A stretch of DNA of 46,611 nucleotides from a virus (lineage: Duplodnaviria > Caudoviricetes). Of the stretch, positions 45,860 through 46,611 are shown piece after piece. The DNA is taken from positions 1 to 46,611 of the IMG/VR virus record IMGVR_UViG_3300043473_000199; one strand, 5' to 3'. A model generated the notes under the pieces. The model was not told the origin of the DNA, did not search any database, and saw only the letters and a program-made list of their open reading frames with translations. Numbering within the stretch: position 1 is the first letter of the stretch; the number at the start of each line of letters is the position of its first letter. Both the position numbers and the translations under genes were made by a program.

Positions 45860-46489
45860 CTATCCCACCTTGGAGGCTGAGTTCAGGTTGTTCAGCAGCC
45901 GCGCCGCACTGGCATCGGCCGTCATCTGCTTATTGCCGCCCTGATATGCCTGCCACCCCAGTGCCGCGCTTTCGAACAGCGGCCCCAGGATGCCGGGCGT
46001 CGGCTTGTCGGCCGTCAGGGATTCGGTGCGCGCCAGGGCGTCGTTGGAGGCACGGGTCGGGTCTTCCGTCAGCATCAGGTCACGCTCGGCGCCGGATCGG
46101 CTTTCGGCCACCCGGTTCCGCAAATCCTGGGCGGCGCCACCGGCCTTCTCGATGGCCGCGCCCTTCTGTTCGGCAACCTTCTGTTCCAGGTTGGACGCCT
46201 GCTCGCCGGCCACCGAGCTGTTCCGCAGCCCGGCCCGCTCCAGCGAGTAGATCAGATCCTTGCGGGCATCGCCGGCCTGCTGCTCGATCTGGGGCTGGGT
46301 GGTGGCGAGGTAGGTGTCGCGATACTTGTTGTAGTAGTTGTCGTCAAACCCCTTGAATTTCTCATCGATATTCGCGCGCCCAGCGGTGATCCGGTCCTGC
46401 CGCTCCTGTTCCTTGACGCGCGCGACCTCGGCCTCCTGCTTGGCCTGATCCGCCGACGCCTGACCTGGGTTACCGCTATTGAGGCACAT
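45860..46489 (-). CDS. Putative internal virion protein starting Met-Cys
   Basis: GGAGGG RBS; TAATG coupling to the acetyltransferase stop; its helical core loosely resembles the C-terminal half of 44652-45857. Confidence 0.7.
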   Translation of the reverse strand: MCLNSGNPGQASADQAKQEAEVARVKEQERQDRITAGRANIDEKFKGFDDNYYNKYRDTYLATTQPQIEQQAGDARKDLIYSLERAGLRNSSVAGEQASNLEQKVAEQKGAAIEKAGGAAQDLRNRVAESRSGAERDLMLTEDPTRASNDALARTESLTADKPTPGILGPLFESAALGWQAYQGGNKQMTADASAARLLNNLNSASKVG

Positions 46490-46611
46490 TATGCCCTCCA
46501 CCCCAGGAGCACGAAGTTTTCACGCTCCCGGCCCCACTCAAAAAGCATTGGCGCGACTGTCGCGGCCCCCATGCTGCGGAGCCAGCGGATCGAACTGACG
46601 TGGTCCTCATG
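46485..46611. repeat. Copy of bases 1-127
   Basis: Exact match. Confidence 0.97.

Noticed and set aside
46485-46611. Biological direct terminal repeat
   Set aside because: 127 nt equals a common assembler k-mer length and the repeat lies mid-gene; it indicates circular assembly, not physical ends.

Overview
The window is an apparently complete, circularly assembled temperate phage genome of about 46,484 bp; bases 1-127 recur exactly at 46485-46611, most likely an assembler overlap. It is GC-rich with podovirus-type morphogenesis genes, and the host is probably an alphaproteobacterium (inference only). Four modules are visible. (1) A minus-strand late operon runs from 16572 to 1 and wraps from 46489 to 35720: three paralogous tail fibres, small membrane ORFs with a PEP-CTERM protein and a PKD protein, TerL, portal, scaffold, major capsid, adaptor, nozzle, a GNAT acetyltransferase and ejection proteins. 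(2) A ~1 kb noncoding control region lies at 16573-17575, followed by plus-strand early genes to 21125. (3) A minus-strand replication operon (33761-21259) encodes a Cro-like protein, RuvC-like resolvase, HNH endonuclease, SNF2 helicase, DUF2800-like nuclease, DUF2815-like SSB, a methyltransferase, PolA, primase-helicase and a possible TerS. (4) A plus-strand repressor-xis-int operon ends at a probable attP. The most interesting signals are a possible daisy-chain plug/socket logic among the three fibres, a phage-encoded PEP-CTERM protein sitting where a lysis cassette is expected with no recognisable endolysin, an antisense RHH gene nested in a membrane-protein gene, and a polyproline/Trp-hairpin pair on adjacent ejection proteins. 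All family calls come from motif recognition by eye; no database search was run.
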